A stretch of 64,000 bases of DNA. Origin: Tubiluchus corallicola. Its lineage: Eukaryota > Animalia > Priapulida. The stretch covers positions 1-64,000 of the forward strand of contig JAQGDQ010000989.1 in assembly GCA_030141605.1 (NCBI GenBank), written 5' to 3'. Positions 62,085 to 64,000 of this stretch are shown here, piece after piece (positions within the stretch are counted from its first letter, which is position 1; every line of letters starts with the position of its first letter). The position numbers were made by a program, and so were the translations under genes. The notes beneath the pieces are model-generated. The model made no database searches. It was not told where the DNA came from and saw only the letters and a program-made list of their open reading frames with translations.

Positions 62085-62705
62085 TACAGTGCTATTGTAA
62101 TTTACCATATGGTAAAGGCCTTACCATAGATGACATTTGTTGAGCAGAGTTAATAGGAAATGGAGTTTTGGTGGATAAGTAAGATGATGATCCTGATTAT
62201 GTTGCAACGATGGATGATGTACATATGTGGGAAGAAGAACACAGAAGAATGCCACATGGGGCATATTTTTCTTAAATACAGGCAGGCTACAGTTACCTGC
62301 CCGAATTTTCAATATACTGGATGATAACATTTTCTAGGTGTACTTTCAACTTTCAAACTTCTAAGCCATAAATAATTTCAAGCTTTTGCGCTAGATTTTT
62401 TATTCAAATCGCCTCAAGGAAGACCAGGGGCTATTGAGAGGAAGACATTTTTTAAAATTTGTAACAGAAATCTTTTCACTTTAGGAAGGTATAGAAATGG
62501 CGATAATGAGCCGGAATGTTTTAGCGATGCAGAAGAAAACTGATATTTTCCTGTAAACTGATATTTTCCTGTAAACTGATATTTTCCTGTAATTGATGCA
62601 GACAGCTGACTGAAGACAAGCACATCAAATTATATGGATCCGAAGTCGGAGTAGATTCAAGCAGTGATCCAACGATAAAAGTTCATAAACTTGTCCAAGC
62701 GGGAT

Positions 62706-63165
62706 ACAATTTAATTCAATTCAACTCAAATTTTTATTTCGGGAAATGAGACCATATAAAATACAAATACACTATTAAAATGAAATAAAATACTATAAAA
62801 TAAAAATTATTCAGGGTTAAAAAAATATTATATTCAGCGTTAGTAAACTAAAAACTAAATAAATTTTAGAGGCTAATTATGTAATAATTCGTTTCATTTC
62901 ACAAAAAGTAAGATTTGACAAGTATATGTGAGTTAATAATAGCAGTTATAATACTATTGCCAGTGCACAGTAGTAATCTGTTTCGAAACCTATAACATAA
63001 TCTTCTGCCAACATGACTAAAATCTGGTAGAGATAGGTTTACACACGTACCAGAAGCACCACAACCGTAATTTAAACGAAACAGTTTTCTATAACCATTG
63101 CTGTATGCAATACGCAGTCTATTTATCACACCCTTACTGCAATTAGTCCATAAAGACATACAGTA
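62706..63165 (-). mobile_element. 5'-truncated non-LTR retrotransposon 3' end (RTEX-like)
   Basis: Minus frame LYCMSLW....INRLRIAYSNGYRKLFRL...GAS...V...F....RRLCYRFRNRL....NSII is a post-RT C-terminal motif; AATAAA and a (TTGAA)n-like tail at ~62706-62740. Inserted within the cyclase coding remnant. Confidence 0.7.
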
Positions 63166-63303
63166 CAGTATTGGTATCATGGACTTTCTGACAAACCTGG
63201 ACCAAATGCCTCCTGCAGGAAGCACCGTGTTTGCAATACCTATGAATCTTGGAGATGGTTCAGAAGCTCCAGTGAGAGATATCAAATTCGCTGGTATGGG
63301 CTT

Positions 63304-64000
63304 AATATATATATATAATCGCCCGCAAATGGTGCCGTCGTCGGAGCTGTAGATTCGAGGCTGCAGCTTCGACAACGGCACCATTTGCCGCGATCTACAT
63401 ATCAAACGAAAGGTCTCGATCTAGTATCGTGCCATTGGGGGTTTATTTTTCGAATCGGGCCCACCGGGAGGAACGGGGGGGGGGCGAAAAACCTCCAAAA
63501 ATGGCCATGTTAGCTATGTGGGTGGGCCAGTTGCTCTCCACTGGGCCTGAAACCAGTCCTGAGTCACACGCGGCCGGGATTTGCGGTAATTGTAGAATAT
63601 TACATATTGTCATTACATTAATAGTTTTTTTTAACTTTATTCAACAATCGACTACATTTTATTCAAGTCCCGGTGTTTTCACTATACACTTTTCCAAGTT
63701 ACAACTTCCTTAGAATTACTTCCGGTCGTGACGTATTCCTGAAAAACTCCATCATCTGGCTAAACTGCATTACTATGTCATGGTCGAATATTTCCTTTTC
63801 TGGATGACTGGGATAAGAACACGCCCGTTCGTGTATTTTCCTTAGAGGAAGTTGAAAAATGTTTGGACTTGCCGGCCATTTTCTTGATTCATCCTGAATG
63901 AGTAACGTACTTCTGTTGCTTCTAATGGACAAGACGACCACAACACAAACGTTTATATAAAATTTTAGTGTTTAGTAAAGACTTTGTGTTTATCTATGTC
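63304..64000 (+). mobile_element. Repeat with (AT)n start and a long hairpin, possibly Helitron/Helentron-derived; runs off the window
   Basis: Starts with ATATATATATAAT; 28-bp-arm hairpin 63325-63388; CATATCAAACGAAAGGTCTCGA motif reminiscent of Helentron/DINE-type cores; body repeated at 31199-31652. Confidence 0.45.

Larger units (their letters stand above)
61100..63297 (+). pseudogene. Kynurenine formamidase/isatin hydrolase-like (cyclase family) pseudogene, split by insertions
   Basis: Ordered remnants: MEH..PAPLH (~61105-61165, weak); GKGLTIDDI.*.ELIGNGVLVD.*DDDPDYVATMDDVHMWEEEH..MPHGA..FLNTG (62110-62283); YFP, LTEDKHIKLYG..VDS....IKVHKL (62580-62700); GIMDFLTNLDQMPPAGSTVFAIPMNLGDGSEAPVR (63172-63280). 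Contains stops and frameshifts. Confidence 0.75.

Noticed and set aside
62899-63405. 168-aa minus-strand ORF as a real gene
   Set aside because: It is a chimera of a hairpin repeat, antisense cyclase remnant and LINE C-terminus.

Overview
AT-rich, intron-containing animal DNA; an invertebrate, probably a lophotrochozoan (inferred from gene content and sequence style, not proven). From left to right: the 3' half of an intact BEL/Pao LTR retrotransposon with its 3' LTR (1-4041); two spliceable pentraxin-domain exons; several MITEs; a complete 8-exon ABHD13 gene (+) convergent with a complete 4-exon Rieske Fe-S gene UQCRFS1 (-). The 29-64 kb part is rearranged and TE-rich. It holds a histone-less copy of the H4 downstream flank; ten stop-free neogenin/DCC-type FN3 exons in scrambled, duplicated order (FN5-FN6-FN2-FN3-FN2-FN3); a pogo relic; a 39-bp x ~41 array open on both strands; a fold-back element; a full-length RTE LINE nested in an 8-bp-TSD DNA transposon; a replication-dependent histone quartet (H4<- H3-> H2B<- H2A->, no H1); and a TE-disrupted cyclase pseudogene. 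The best candidate for something undescribed lies between H3 and H2B. It is a divergent 5S-rRNA-like unit with a remodelled but still base-paired helix IV, a TATA plus tRNA-type A box just upstream, no immediate terminator, and a ~420-nt structured, repeat-containing extension up to the first TTTT. Also notable are a twister-ribozyme-like relic in the last ABHD13 intron and a long conserved histone downstream element that predicts the U7 snRNA 5' end. All coordinates and alignments were done by eye; family assignments rest on remembered motifs, not database searches.
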